Assembly (NCBI GenBank): GCA_951406725.2
Contig: OX597838.1
Coordinates: 3,224,001-3,288,000 of the forward strand
Source: Octopus vulgaris
Lineage: Eukaryota
Direction: 5' to 3'
Length of the DNA: 64,000 nucleotides
The notes beneath the pieces are model-generated. The model saw only the letters and a list, made by a program, of their open reading frames with translations. It had not been told where the DNA came from and made no database searches. Shown here piece by piece: positions 1 to 12,510 of this stretch. Within the stretch, counting starts at the first letter, position 1, and every line of letters begins with the position of its first letter. The position numbers and the translations under genes are program-made.

Positions 1-85
1 TAGGATCGTGGTTTCGATTCCCAGACCGGGCGTTGTGAGTGTTTATTGAGCGAAAACACGTAAAAGCTCCACGAGGCTCTGGCGA

Positions 86-186
86 TTTGGCTGATATACC
101 CTCCAGTCTTCATCAGGGCATATTGTGTAGTGGTTAAGAGCACTGGCTACTAACCCCAAGATTCCAAGTTTGATTCCAGGCAGTGA

Positions 187-246
<60 letters not shown>

Positions 247-433
247 TAATAATAATAACATTGAAAAATACCTTAGGAATGAGAACCCAGGTTCGAAATT
301 TCCCCAAGACACCTGATGAAGGCTAGAGGGTATAACAGCCGAAACGTTGTGTTAACAACAAACAAGATGAGGACAAATATCTGTCAAATGTTAATATTGT
401 AAATAATGCACATAATTCCTCATCTCTTCAATA
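86..433 (+). mobile_element. tRNA-headed element with (AAT)n linker and Penelope-pLTR-like hammerhead-bearing tail
   Basis: A/B-box-like head at 116-190, (AAT)n at 191-258, tail also present on the - strand at 31605-31806. Inverted partial hammerhead copy at 86-117. Confidence 0.6.
308..353 (+). ncRNA. Minimal type I hammerhead ribozyme motif
   Basis: gacac-CTGATGA-a-ggct..agcc-GAAAC-GTT-gtgtt: both core boxes, stem I gacac/gtgtt, stem II ggct/agcc, palindromic AACGTT in place of stem III. Confidence 0.65.
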
Positions 434-892
434 TGGTCGCATCGCAACCCCCTTCAGTCATGAATGACCATGGGATTGCACCTACAAATTACCCTCCCAG
501 GCACAAGTCTGGTTGTTTTATGAAAGACCAGCAGTTGCCCATGCATACCAGCCTCTCTCTCTCCACACCACTGATGTTATCCAAGAGAAAGGCAAAGGGG
601 CCGATACAGCTTGGCACCAGTGATGTCGCAATTCATTTCTACAGCTGAGTGAACTGGAGCAACGTGAAATAAAATGTCTTGCTCAAGAACACAACACACA
701 GCTCCATCCGGGAATTGAACTCACAACCTCACGATTGTAAGCTGAATGCTCTAACCACTGAGCCATGCACCTTCATATAGAACTTCAACAATAATTGTTT
801 CAACACATGGTTAAACATCAGGAATTTTGCAACACAAATTCATAAAAGTGAAACTGGTTCTACTTATACAATGCGCAAAATATGTTAACAAT

Positions 893-1368
893 AGGCGCAG
901 GAGTGGCTGTGTGGTAAGTAGCTTGCTAACCAACCACATGGTTCCGGGTTCAGTCCCACTGAGGAAACTTGCTTAACAACCACATGGTTCCGAGTTCAGT
1001 CCCACTGCGTGGCTCCTTGGGCAAGTGTCTGATACTATAGCTTCGGGCTGACCAAAGCTTTGTGAGTGGATTTGGTAGATGGAAACTGAGAGAAGCCCGT
1101 CGCGTATATATATATATATATGTATGTATATATATATATATATGTGTTTGTGTGTCTGTGTTTGTCCCCACAACATCGCTTGACACAACCGATGCTGGTG
1201 TGTTTACATCCCCATAACTTAGCAGTTCGGCAAAAGAGACCGATAGAATAAGTACTAGGCTTACAAAGAATAAGCTCTGGGGTAGATTTGCTCGACTATA
1301 AAGGCGGTGCTCCAGCATGGCCAGCATGTCAAATGACTGAAACGAGTAAGAGAGTAAAGAGAGTAAAA
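893..1368 (+). mobile_element. tRNA-derived SINE family A with duplicated head segment
   Basis: Head ggcgcaggagtggctgtgtggtaag..ggttcagtccc, CORE-like ccttgggcaagt, internal (TA)n, tail ..gactgaaac(gagtaaaa)n. More than 15 copies in the window. Confidence 0.9.
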
Positions 1369-1784
1369 AAGAGAGGAGGACTCGAGGAAGATGTGGGTGG
1401 AGGTAATGAGGACATGCTACATGTGTGTTTGTGTGCGTGCGTGCGTGCGTGCGTGTGTACTTGTATGCGTTTCTCTGTGTGCGTGCGTGTGTGTATGTGC
1501 AATTGTAGGTGTGTGAGGGTGAGAGGATGTGTGGGTGTAGAATCCCCCCCCCCCCTCATCATTATCGCCATTGTTTCAACATCCACTTCCTTCCTTCTTC
1601 TGATTCAGGAGTGAAGCTGGGCCAACAAGAGCAGCTGAACAGTCATTCATAAAGCTGGGCCTCTTCGTTTCTAGCATCTACCATCTGTCCAGGATCCTGC
1701 TGCCATCTGTATGTGTGGCATACGTTTCATATATGGTATGCATGGTATATATGTGTGTATGTATCTGCCTCTTTATTTATCTCC

Positions 1785-1829
<45 letters not shown>

Positions 1830-1838
1830 AATATATAT

Positions 1839-2248
1839 ACTCTTTTACTCTTTTACTTGTTTCAGTCATTTTGACTGCGGCCATGCTGGAGCACCGCCTT
1901 TAGTCGAGCAAATCGACCCCGGGACTCATTCTTTGTAAGCCCAGTACTTAGTCTATCGGTCTCTTTTGCCGAACCGCTAAGTTACGGGGACATAAACAAA
2001 CCAGCATCGGTTGTCAAGCAATGCTTGGGGGACAAACACAGACACACAAACACACACATATATATATATATATACATATATACGACAGGCTTCTTTCAGT
2101 TTCTGTCTACCAAATCCACTCACAAGGCATTGGTCAGCCCGGGGCTATAGTAGAAGACACTTGCCCAAGATGCCACGCAGTGGGACGGACTGAACCCGGA
2201 ACCATGTGGTTGGTTAGTAGCTACTTACCACACAGCCACTCCTGCGCC
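1839..2248 (-). mobile_element. SINE family A, left arm of head-to-head palindrome
   Basis: Full-length reverse-complement copy. Confidence 0.9.
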
Positions 2249-2254
2249 TATATA

Positions 2255-2415
2255 GGCACAGGAGTGGCTGTGTGTTAAGTAGCTTGCTAACCAACCACAT
2301 GGTTCCGGGTTCAGTCCGTCCCACTGCGTGGCATCTTCTGCTATAGCCCCGGGCCGACCAATGCCTTGTGAGTGGATTTGGTGGACAGAAACTGAAAGAA
2401 GCCTGTCATATATAT

Positions 2416-2451
<36 letters not shown>

Positions 2452-2672
2452 ATGTGTTTGTGTGTCTGTGTTTGTCCCCCTAGCATTGCTTGACAACCGA
2501 TGCTGGTGTGTTTATGTCCCCGTCACTTAGCGGTTCGGCAAAAGAGACCGATAGGATAAGTACTGGGCTTACAAAGAATAAGTCCCGGGGTCGATTTGCT
2601 TGACTAAAGGCGGTGCTCCAGCATGGGCGCAGTCAAATGACTGAAACAAGTAAAAGAGTAAAAGAGTAAAGA
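2255..2672 (+). mobile_element. SINE family A, right arm of head-to-head palindrome
   Basis: Near full-length copy, separated from the left arm by tatata. Confidence 0.9.
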
Positions 2673-3095
2673 ATATATATATATATATATATATAATACA
2701 AATAAGAAAATGGAGAAATAAATTTAGTTTGTTCATCAACTTTCGGATATTATAATGTTGGATTATTCATTCATTTTACAAATGAGAACATCAAAAGCAT
2801 GAAGAAATAATCCAACTTTATAATATCCGAAAGTTGACAAACAAACTAAATGTGTTACGGTAAAAATATTTCTTTACCTTCACCCGTTTAATACAATAAA
2901 TGAGTTAATTGCATTGCAATTATAAACATTTATGTATTAAGAATCTGGTTACTTTACCAACAGTATATTGGATAAATGATATCCCATAGTGGGTTACACC
3001 CATAACCCCTATCTTACTTTGTATGTGACCTCGTGTGTACCATTGGCGATTGTTTTTCCTCTGTCTTCCCTTCTCTGGATCTTTCCTTCTCCTAT

Positions 3096-3130
3096 GTTTC
3101 CGATGAAGAGCTCCGCTCGAAACGTTAAAC
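3096..3130 (+). ncRNA. Minimal hammerhead ribozyme motif (variant core CCGATGA)
   Basis: gttt-CCGATGA-a-gagc-tcc-gctc-GAAAC-GTT-aaac; stems I and II pair perfectly. Confidence 0.55.
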
Positions 3131-3333
3131 CCTCCTTCTTTCCTTCTTTCCTCAGCGTCCAATAATACTATATTTGTTCCACGTCCTCGCATTGTTGTGT
3201 TTTTTGTGCTTTCTTATTTGGATTAACTTTATATATATATATAATTATAATTTGAGGGAATAAAATCCAAACTTACAAGGAAAAAGAATTCAATTTAGAA
3301 ATACTAAATCAAATTCCACACAATATAATATAT

Positions 3334-3550
3334 GTAGATGCGGATGTCTTTAAAGTAGGACTGGATCTCTTCCTGTCAGGTGTCCCGGATGAACCAACTT
3401 CACGGCAGGAGGTGCAGATGAGGGCAGCTGCATCGAACTCTCTCATGCACCAAATGGCAGTTGCTAAAAAGCATTCGTGAGGTAAAATCACGTAGCAAAC
3501 CAAATGGCGGTGCCCCAGCATGGCCACAGCTCATGAGCTGAAACTGGAAA
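3334..3550 (+). mobile_element. LINE (CR1/L2-group-like) ORF2 C-terminus and 3' tail
   Basis: VDADVFKVGLDLFLSGVPDEPTSRQEVQMRAAASNSLMHQ..* (stop 3478-3480), then tail ggcggtgccccagcatggccacagctcatgagctgaaac. Interrupts an AT-rich element seen uninterrupted at about 33030-33300. Confidence 0.7.
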
Positions 3551-4076
3551 AAAATCAAAATCAATCAAATCATATAAAATATTAGAAAAAAACCCACATT
3601 TTATCAATTCAAAATGAATAATTAAATTACACCATCTAGAAAATTACATATAATAGAAAAGTTAAAATTAAAATAACAATAAAAAGTAAAGATTAAGTAA
3701 ATTACAAAAATAAGAAAAAAGGTATACAGTAGCTCCATCTAGCTGAAAGTATGCATTATTACTTTCACTTTCAGTGAGTTGGCCTTCAAATGGAAAAACA
3801 ACATTTGAGCAATGTCTCTGTTGGTGTTGATGGTGTCATAAAAACATTCACTGCGGAGAGACTTTTTGAACACCATGTATATATATGCATATAGAAATGT
3901 GTATATATATGTGCATGTGTTTGTGAATGTGAGTGTGTAGAGTCTGTTATATAAGGAAGCGGGTGGGTTGACTAAGTGAAAGTCTAAATGAGTAAATATT
4001 GGACACTCCAAAAATAGCGAAATAGCAGGATGTATTTAGCAAATGCATACTCCCACTTTCTGCTTCTTTCTCCCCC

Positions 4077-4108
<32 letters not shown>

Positions 4109-4333
4109 CTCTCTTTCTCTGTCTTTTTAACTTTCATTCATATTCCCTGTTTTACACACACACAAACACACACACACACTCTAGCCATACCTTTGTGTCT
4201 ACCTATCCATCTATTCATCTATCTATCTATCTGCCTGTCTGTCCATCTGTCTCTCCCTATCTATCAATCTGTTGGTCTGTCTGTCTGTGTCTGTCTATCT
4301 CTGTCTTTTTCACTCTCTCTCTCTCTCTCTTTC

Positions 4334-4397
<64 letters not shown>

Positions 4398-4645
4398 CAC
4401 ATATATATATATATACATTCACATATATATATATATATGTGTATGTATGTATGTATGTATGTATATCTCTCTTTCTTCCTAATTATAATCAGACCCACTT
4501 GCTATACAAACAAACATACACACTCGGATACACACATACATAGACAAAAAGAAATGGTGCCATGTGTATATGTAAGGTATGTGTGGGTGTTTATATGCAT
4601 ATATATATATATATATATATGTTTGTATGTTTGTATGTATGTATG

Positions 4646-4686
<41 letters not shown>

Positions 4687-4690
4687 GTGC

Positions 4691-4726
<36 letters not shown>

Positions 4727-5422
4727 GCACATATATATAACACTAAAGCATGATGTGTTCTTTGGATTCTATTAAACCTTCCAACCCATACATATGATGG
4801 AAGACAGTCCAGCCATGACAATCCCAACATCATATAGAGTACCGGAAGACTGCATTAACTATTTTGTTTACTTATTTCTTATTCAAAATCATAATGAGAT
4901 TAAGTTGCTATTTTTAGCAAGCTGAGTTACCCCCATAGGTGCTTGCTTTTTGATTTGCTAGCAGTAACTAGGGTTACAAGTGAGCCCCAGTTCAGCCAGC
5001 CGTCAGTAGGTCCCCTCACAGTCATAGACAACGGTGCTAACATTTTGGGGTGTTTTCAACAGCCCACAGTACAAAGTTCAACCCCTTTCGTGGAATTAGC
5101 TTCTTATTTATTCTGCCGAAAGTAAAAGCAGCAAGCTGTTATTTTTATGTTCTGAGTTCAAATTCTGCCCAGGTTAATTTGGTCTTTCATTCTTTCAGGG
5201 ATCAGATAGGTACCAGTCACACATTGGGGTCAATGTTATACTCCTCTCCTAAAATTGCTGGCCTTGTGCCAAAATTTGAAACTAATATTTTGCCCAAAGT
5301 CAGCTTTAACAGTGATGACCTATGACTAAAATTTCCAGCCATGCCCATCCCATCTTTGTAAGGATATTGCAGACTGCTTTATCTTGTTTCCTTGTTTAAG
5401 ACAGTTTCTTTCCTTAAGACCT

Positions 5423-5645
5423 GGCAGAAACGTTAGCACACCGGGTGAAATGCTTAGTGGTATTTCATCTACCATTATGTTCTGGGTTCAAATTCTGCCG
5501 AGGTTAACTTTGCCTTTCATCCTTTCAGGGTCGATAAATTAAGTACCAGTTATGCACCGGGGTCAATGTAATCGACTTAAACCCTTTGTCTGTCCTTGTT
5601 TGTCCCCTCTATGTTTAGCCCCTTGTGGCCAATAAAGAAATAAGT
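5423..5645 (+). mobile_element. SINE family B (Nin-domain-like); other copies at 6197-6400(-), 9375-9595, 21765-21945(-), 47245-47460, 60285-60500
   Basis: Shared core gcctttcatcctttc(a/g)gggtcgataaattaagtaccagt and a B-box-like ggttcaaattc. Confidence 0.8.
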
Positions 5646-6514
5646 AATGTTCGATTTGAGGGAGATATGGCTGCTGTTTCCAGCAAGTATCTCAGCCGCA
5701 TACGAGACTCTTCCTTGGCACAAACAGATTCATGTAAAGCAGGCAAGTGTCTTCACATACGAATGACGTGAAATGAGTGACACCTGTGTGACATCTCATA
5801 GCTTTGGATGGAGGAGTGAGTCACAGCCCCCCCCACACACACACACACACTGACTCATACACCACTCTTAAATACATTCACACCCACACAAGGACCACGT
5901 CCATGGAATATATACACACAGTATGCTTGGGAAGAGCAATTATGTATTTCTCCCTACATGCATACAGACACACACACATACATGCAAATACATACATACA
6001 CACACATGTACATATGTACGTATATATGTATATATATATATGTGTGCGTATGTATATGTATGTATGTATGTATGTATGTGTGTATGTATATGTATGTATG
6101 TATGTATGTATAATGTATATTCTTTTTCCGCTCAAGAGCTGTGGCCATGCTGGGGCAGCACTAATTTATAGATAGATAGATAAATAGATGTATATATATT
6201 TCTTTATTGCCCACAAGGGGCTAAACATAGAGGGGACAAACAAGGACAGACAAAGGGATTAAGTCGATTACATCAACCCCAGTGCGTAACTGGTACTTTA
6301 TTTATCGACCTTGGCGGAATTTGAACTCAAAACGTAACGGCAGACGAAATACTATTAAGCATTTCGCCCGGCGTGCTAACCACTCTGCCAGCTCGGCGCC
6401 TTATAAATAGATATATAAATAGATATATACAGATATAAATACACTCACATATAATATAGATATAGATAGATAGATAGATAGATAGATAGACAGATAGATA
6501 GACAGATAGACATC

Positions 6515-6554
<40 letters not shown>

Positions 6555-7595
6555 CAGATAGATAGACAGATAGATAGACAGATAGACATCTAGATAGTTG
6601 GATAGATAGATAGATAGACAGATAGATAGATAGACAGACAGATAGATAGACAGATAGACAGATAGATAGATAAATAGATAGATAGGAGTATTGTACATAC
6701 ACGAACCTATATAAGTGAATCCCATCCAGCCCCGCACCCATACCCACACCTCTATTAATGAGCTTTTAACAACCACTGCCATGTTATTGCAGCCTTACCT
6801 CCCATGGCTACCCCTCAGCACACCTTTGCTATTTTAGATTGCAAGGGGCCTGGCTTCAGTCGCCACCATCACTACATCTACCGGCTACACACACACACAC
6901 GAACACATACATACATACATACATACACACACAAGGCAGAATCTTTCTCTTCTCTAAGCTCTTACCAATTCTAGAGCCAGGAAAATGGAAGGAAGTAGGG
7001 CAATGAACGGATGTAGAGAGATGAAAGGAGGGGGTGAAGAGAGTTAGGGAGAGAGAGGGAGAGAGAGAGAGAGAAACAGATAGACAGACAGAGACACAGA
7101 GAAAGAGAGAGAGAAATAGATAGACAGAGATAAAGAGAGAGATATGAAATAAGGAATAAAGAAGAAGCAGCACTTTATGTCTGTATGTATAGTGGAGGTG
7201 CATGGCTTAGTGGTTAGGGTGTTGGACTTGTGATCATAAGATAGTGGTTTCAATACCTGGACTGGGCCATGCATTGTATTCATTTCACATTGGTCCAGTC
7301 CACTCAGCTGACAAAAGTGGGTAACCCTGTGACAGACTGGCACCCTATCCAGGTGGGGGAATATATATGCTACAGAAGCAAGGAAACCGGCCCTTATGAG
7401 TCGGTAGGCCTCAAGAAGGTAACTTTAACTTAGTTTTTTTTTAGGGTAAGAGGAGAAGTTCATAGGCTGACTAAGAAGGAGTTACCATACAGTAATTAAA
7501 CCTGTCCTGCATTAAATTAAACCTTTACTGATGCTAACTGTATATTTTCTTTCCAGATAAACCCACATTGGATACAGAATTGAGGACTTCGGAAA

Positions 7596-7793
7596 GTGAA
7601 ACTGGATAAAATTTGGCAGCGTGGTGTTATCAAATATTTGCAGAAAAAGGGGTTAGCCCCCAAGAACATTCATACAGACATAGTTACTACATTAGGAGAT
7701 GATGCTCCAGCTTTATCAACTGTGCAAAAGGGGACAGCTGAATTCAAGAAGGGTAGGAAGAGTTTTGAAGAAACATTTCCCCAGAGGCCATAA
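7596..7793 (+). mobile_element. Mariner transposase N-terminal HTH fragment
   Basis: RGVIKYLQKKGLAPKNIHTDIVTTLGDDAPALSTVQKGTAEFKKGRKSFE resembles the Mos1-type HTH; truncated. Confidence 0.85.
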
Positions 7794-8077
7794 GTATTAG
7801 AAGCTCTTCAACTCCCATAATGTCAAGGCAGGCTACTCCTGCTTAGACGACATTGAATTTAACATTGCACGCATCAACAGATGTTAAAATGCACAGACAC
7901 AACCCCCAGCTCTAGCCTGCGACAGCCAAAACCCTACCACCTGCCCTTTAGTAAAAAAACTGTGAATATACATGAATTGGACATCATAAAAGAGCTTTCC
8001 AAGGATTGACATTATGTATCAGTTCATGATTCCTGGTTAGGATTCAGTCAAAGATTCTTTGGCTCAATCTTGTCAGG

Positions 8078-8112
<35 letters not shown>

Positions 8113-8144
8113 ACACCACCATCATCATCATCACCACCACCACC

Positions 8145-8202
<58 letters not shown>

Positions 8203-8611
8203 ACACCACCATCATCATCATCACCACCACCACCACCACCACCACAACCACAATCCCGTCTTCATTAATGACCTCAGTGGTGGATCAATTTTTACAGTAA
8301 TTACCAGCTATGAGTGAGGGGCGGGAGGAGACAAGAGAATGTGTAATTAGCCAGTTAATTAGCGATATGTAATATCGCAGTTGTAATTATATTGTATCGT
8401 TACAGCAGAACAAGTATATGTGTTGTTATGTTATGTGAGAATGTGTTTGGGTGTGTATGTGTATGTGTGTGTGTGTGTGTGTGTATACATTCAGACGCAC
8501 ATGTGCAGTGATGGCTGTGTGGTAAGATGTTTGCTTCCCAACCACACAGTGCTGGGTTCAGTCCCACTGGATGGCACCTTTGGCAAGTGTCTTCTGCAAT
8601 AGATTCTACCT

Positions 8612-9095
8612 ATGTATAAATGTATGTATGTATGTATGTATGTATGTATGTGTGTGTGTATGTATGTATGTATGTATGTACGTATGTATGAATGTATGTG
8701 TGTGTGTGTATGTATGTATGTATGTATGTACGTATGTATGAATGTATGTATGTATGTACGTATGTATGTATGGATGTATGTATGTATGTATGTATGTATG
8801 TATGTATGTATGTATGTATGAATGAATGAATATATATATATGTATGTATGAATGAATATATGTATGTATGTATGTATGTGAGTATGTATATATGTATGCA
8901 TGCATGTATGTATGTATGTATGTATGTATGTATGTACGTACGCATGTATGTATGTATGTATGTATGTATGTATGTATGTATGTATGTATGTATGTATGTA
9001 TGTATGTATGTATGTATGTATGTATGTATGTATGTACGTACGTATGTATGTACGTATGTATGTATGTATGTATGTATGTATGTATGTATGTATAT
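8612..9095. repeat. (TATG)n microsatellite array
   Basis: Direct inspection. Confidence 0.95.
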
Positions 9096-10072
9096 GTGCA
9101 GGTTTGTATGTTTTGTTTTATGTATGTATTCTCATGCATATAGCAACATATCTAGACATGCTCATATATATTCAAATGATAAATTTCTGGAAAGTTTTAC
9201 AGATTTTTACAGTTCCAGTGATGGTTTGGATCTGTAGCCTTCGAATCAACTTTCTCCTTTCTGGTTTTGAGAAGCCTAATTTCTCAAGCTTAGTATTTGG
9301 GTATGTATGTATGTATGTATGTATGTATGTATGTATGTATGTATGTATGTATGTAGGTAGGTAGGTAGGTAGCAGGCAGAAACGTTAGCACGCCGGGCGA
9401 AATGCGTAGCCGTATTTCATCTGCCGTTACGTACTGAGTTCAAATTCTGTCAAGGTTGACTTTGCCTTTCATCCTTTCAGGGTCGATAAATTAAGTAGCA
9501 GTTACGCACTGGGGTCGATGTAATCGAATTAATCCGTTTGTCTGTCCTTGTTTGTCCTCTGTGTGTTTAGCCCCTTGTGGGTAGTAAAGAAATAGGTAGG
9601 TAGGTAGGTAGGTAGGTAGATAGGTAAGTAGCTAGGTAGGTAGGTAGGGTAGGTAGGTAGGTAGGTTTGTAGGCAGCTATATATGTAGGTATGAATGTAT
9701 ACATAAATGGATGTATGACTATATGTATGTATGAATGTGTGCATGTATGATATACATATATGTAATGTGTGTGTATGTATGTATGTATGTATGTATGCAT
9801 GTATGATATACATATATGTAATGTGTGTGTATGTATGTATGCATGTATGTATGTATGTATGTGTTTGCAAAGGATGGTCGGTGAGTTAATCACGGTTACA
9901 AACCTGGTCCCTAAAGATGTTGAGCATGTCAGCCTCTTTTGCGAGGGAGGCTGTACACCATCAAATGGTTTCATTAGCTCTTCCCTTACAGATAAATGAA
10001 GCCGACATTCAGGTAGCTGTATGGAATGTTTGGGGGGGCTTTAAGGATGGGTTTCAAATCCTGCTATCTCCA

Positions 10073-10106
<34 letters not shown>

Positions 10107-10524
10107 GCACACACACGTACACACAGACATGCTCCTCACAAAGCATCATCATCATCATCATCATCGTTGAGAGGACAAACAAGGACCAACAAACGGATTA
10201 AGTCGATTACATTGAGCCCAGTGCGTAACTGGTACTTAATTTATCATTATCTTAGTTGTTGTCATCCTCCTCCTCCTCCTCCTCCTCCTCCTCATCATCA
10301 TCATCATCTTTGTCGTCATCATCGGCATTGTCATCATAACCATAATCCTCCCCACCCATCACCATCACCACCACTACCACATCAACATTATCATCGCTAT
10401 TGTTGTCGTCGTCATTGTAACTGCCATCACCACCATCATCACCACTACCACTACCATCCTCTTCATCACCATCATCATCATTATATATATACACACACAT
10501 ACATAATTATATATATTATAAACA

Positions 10525-10909
10525 TCTCTCTATATATAAACGGCAGTTTGTCTGTGTGTGTTTCTGTGTGTCCGTTAGGTTGTACCCTCACCCTGAACAC
10601 GGCTTTCAACCGATTTTGATGAAAGTTGACACACACATAGCCCAATGTCATAATTCAAAACTAACGCAGCGAAAATTTTGAAAAGTTCCCCCAGTTATGA
10701 AAAAAATCGATAAATTCGACATGGGGTCGAGAATCAGAAACACAAACCACAGACTGTCTAGGGGACGCAACTCGACCTTTTTTAACTTTCAAAAAAAATT
10801 TACCATAATTTTTTTTCCATTTTTTTGCTATTTTTTGGCTATAACTCTCTAAAAATGCTTTATAGTTATTTCCCTTACAAACCTGAGCAATGCCGGGCAA
10901 TACTGCTAG
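10525..10909 (+). mobile_element. Non-autonomous Helitron, family H1
   Basis: A|TC start, subterminal GC hairpin, CTAG|T end, no TSD. Near-identical copy at 60800-61185. Confidence 0.85.
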
Positions 10910-11313
10910 TATAGTTATAAAATGAGATAGGGGTTGTACACCATATTGATTGTAATTATTGTACTGTATTTATGTATAATATCATTGCTATTGTGTAGTA
11001 TTTTAATAAAGTATATGATTCGGTATTATCTGACAGTTGATGATTGATTTAGATATATTTCTCCATTTTCTCATTTTGTATTATAAACATATATATATTT
11101 ATATGCATAAAAAGTACTGTCACCTGCAAAATCGAACAGTATCAAAGGTAATTGGCATGAAACTGCTATGATATTTTAACTCAGCTGCAAATATTCTGTG
11201 TATCGAGTTGTTGTCTAATTTCCTGTCCATTTAGTCTTTGTCTACTTTCCTGTTTGCTCTGCTTTCGTCTAACTTTTATCCTTGTTGTATTCTTTCTGTT
11301 CAACTCTTGATAG

Positions 11314-11344
<31 letters not shown>

Positions 11345-11628
11345 TATGGATGTTTGATCTTTATCACTCTTGTTTGCATGTTTCTCGGATTGCACTGTCC
11401 TCAAATTGTCACCCAAACACTCTAAGATGCCAAGCAATAATAGCATGTCATTTCCAAATTTCTGGTGGAATGAATGCTGCTGGTTTTCTCACAGACGGTG
11501 CCCAACTGACCCTGCTATACTATGTAGTTGACAAAATCCAAAACAAACAATGCACAAGTGTGAAATTAAAAGTATAAAATGGTGACAATTTACCCATTGC
11601 ACTCTGTATGTACATATATATATATATT

Positions 11629-11659
<31 letters not shown>

Positions 11660-11672
11660 CATCATCATCATC

Positions 11673-11704
<32 letters not shown>

Positions 11705-11952
11705 CGTTTAACGCCCGTTTTCCGCGCAAGCACGGGTTGGATGGTTCGACTGGGGTCTGGGAAGCCAGGAGCTGCACCAGGCTCCGATATGTATGTATGT
11801 ATATATATATACACATTTATACTATATATACAAATTCTGATGTAAATACATAAACGAACATATGTATATATGTATATACACACACGTATACTCATTACAC
11901 ATATAAAAAAATAATTAATGTACTTCATTGTACTACTGCCTCTCTATAACAC

Positions 11953-11994
<42 letters not shown>

Positions 11995-12510
11995 ATTCAC
12001 ACAAACACACACCTGCTCACACATACATGCATATATATATATATAAATGTAAACAAAATTCCTAAATTCTTCCGATCCTTTGCCTGCCCCCTCCCCCTCT
12101 TAGCTCGTATGTTCTTTCCCACCACACACATGCACATACACACACACACAGACACACACACACACACTTGTACAAGTTTTGGCAGGATTCAACAATGGAA
12201 CTCTTGTGTTTTGCCCAAGTGCCAACTTCCTGAATTTGAGGCTGTGATTCTATCTCCAGTCCAAGAACAGCAGAAACTACACATTCTACTTGTTGTTGGT
12301 GAATATTTCTATGTAAAAACAGTCTAACTATACACATGTATGTATGTATGCATGTATGTATGTGTGTGTGTATGTGTGTATGTATGTATGTATGTGTGTG
12401 TGTATGTATGTATGTAAGTATATGTATATGTATGTATGTAAATATGTATGTATGTATGTATGTATATATGCATGTATGTATGTATGTATGTGTGTGTGTG
12501 TGTATGTATG

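Noticed and set aside
8048-8300. Poly-M/V/S/P ORFs (also 10252-10500 and 39291-39752)
   Set aside because: (CAT)n, (CAC)n and (CTA)n trinucleotide repeats with no splice context.
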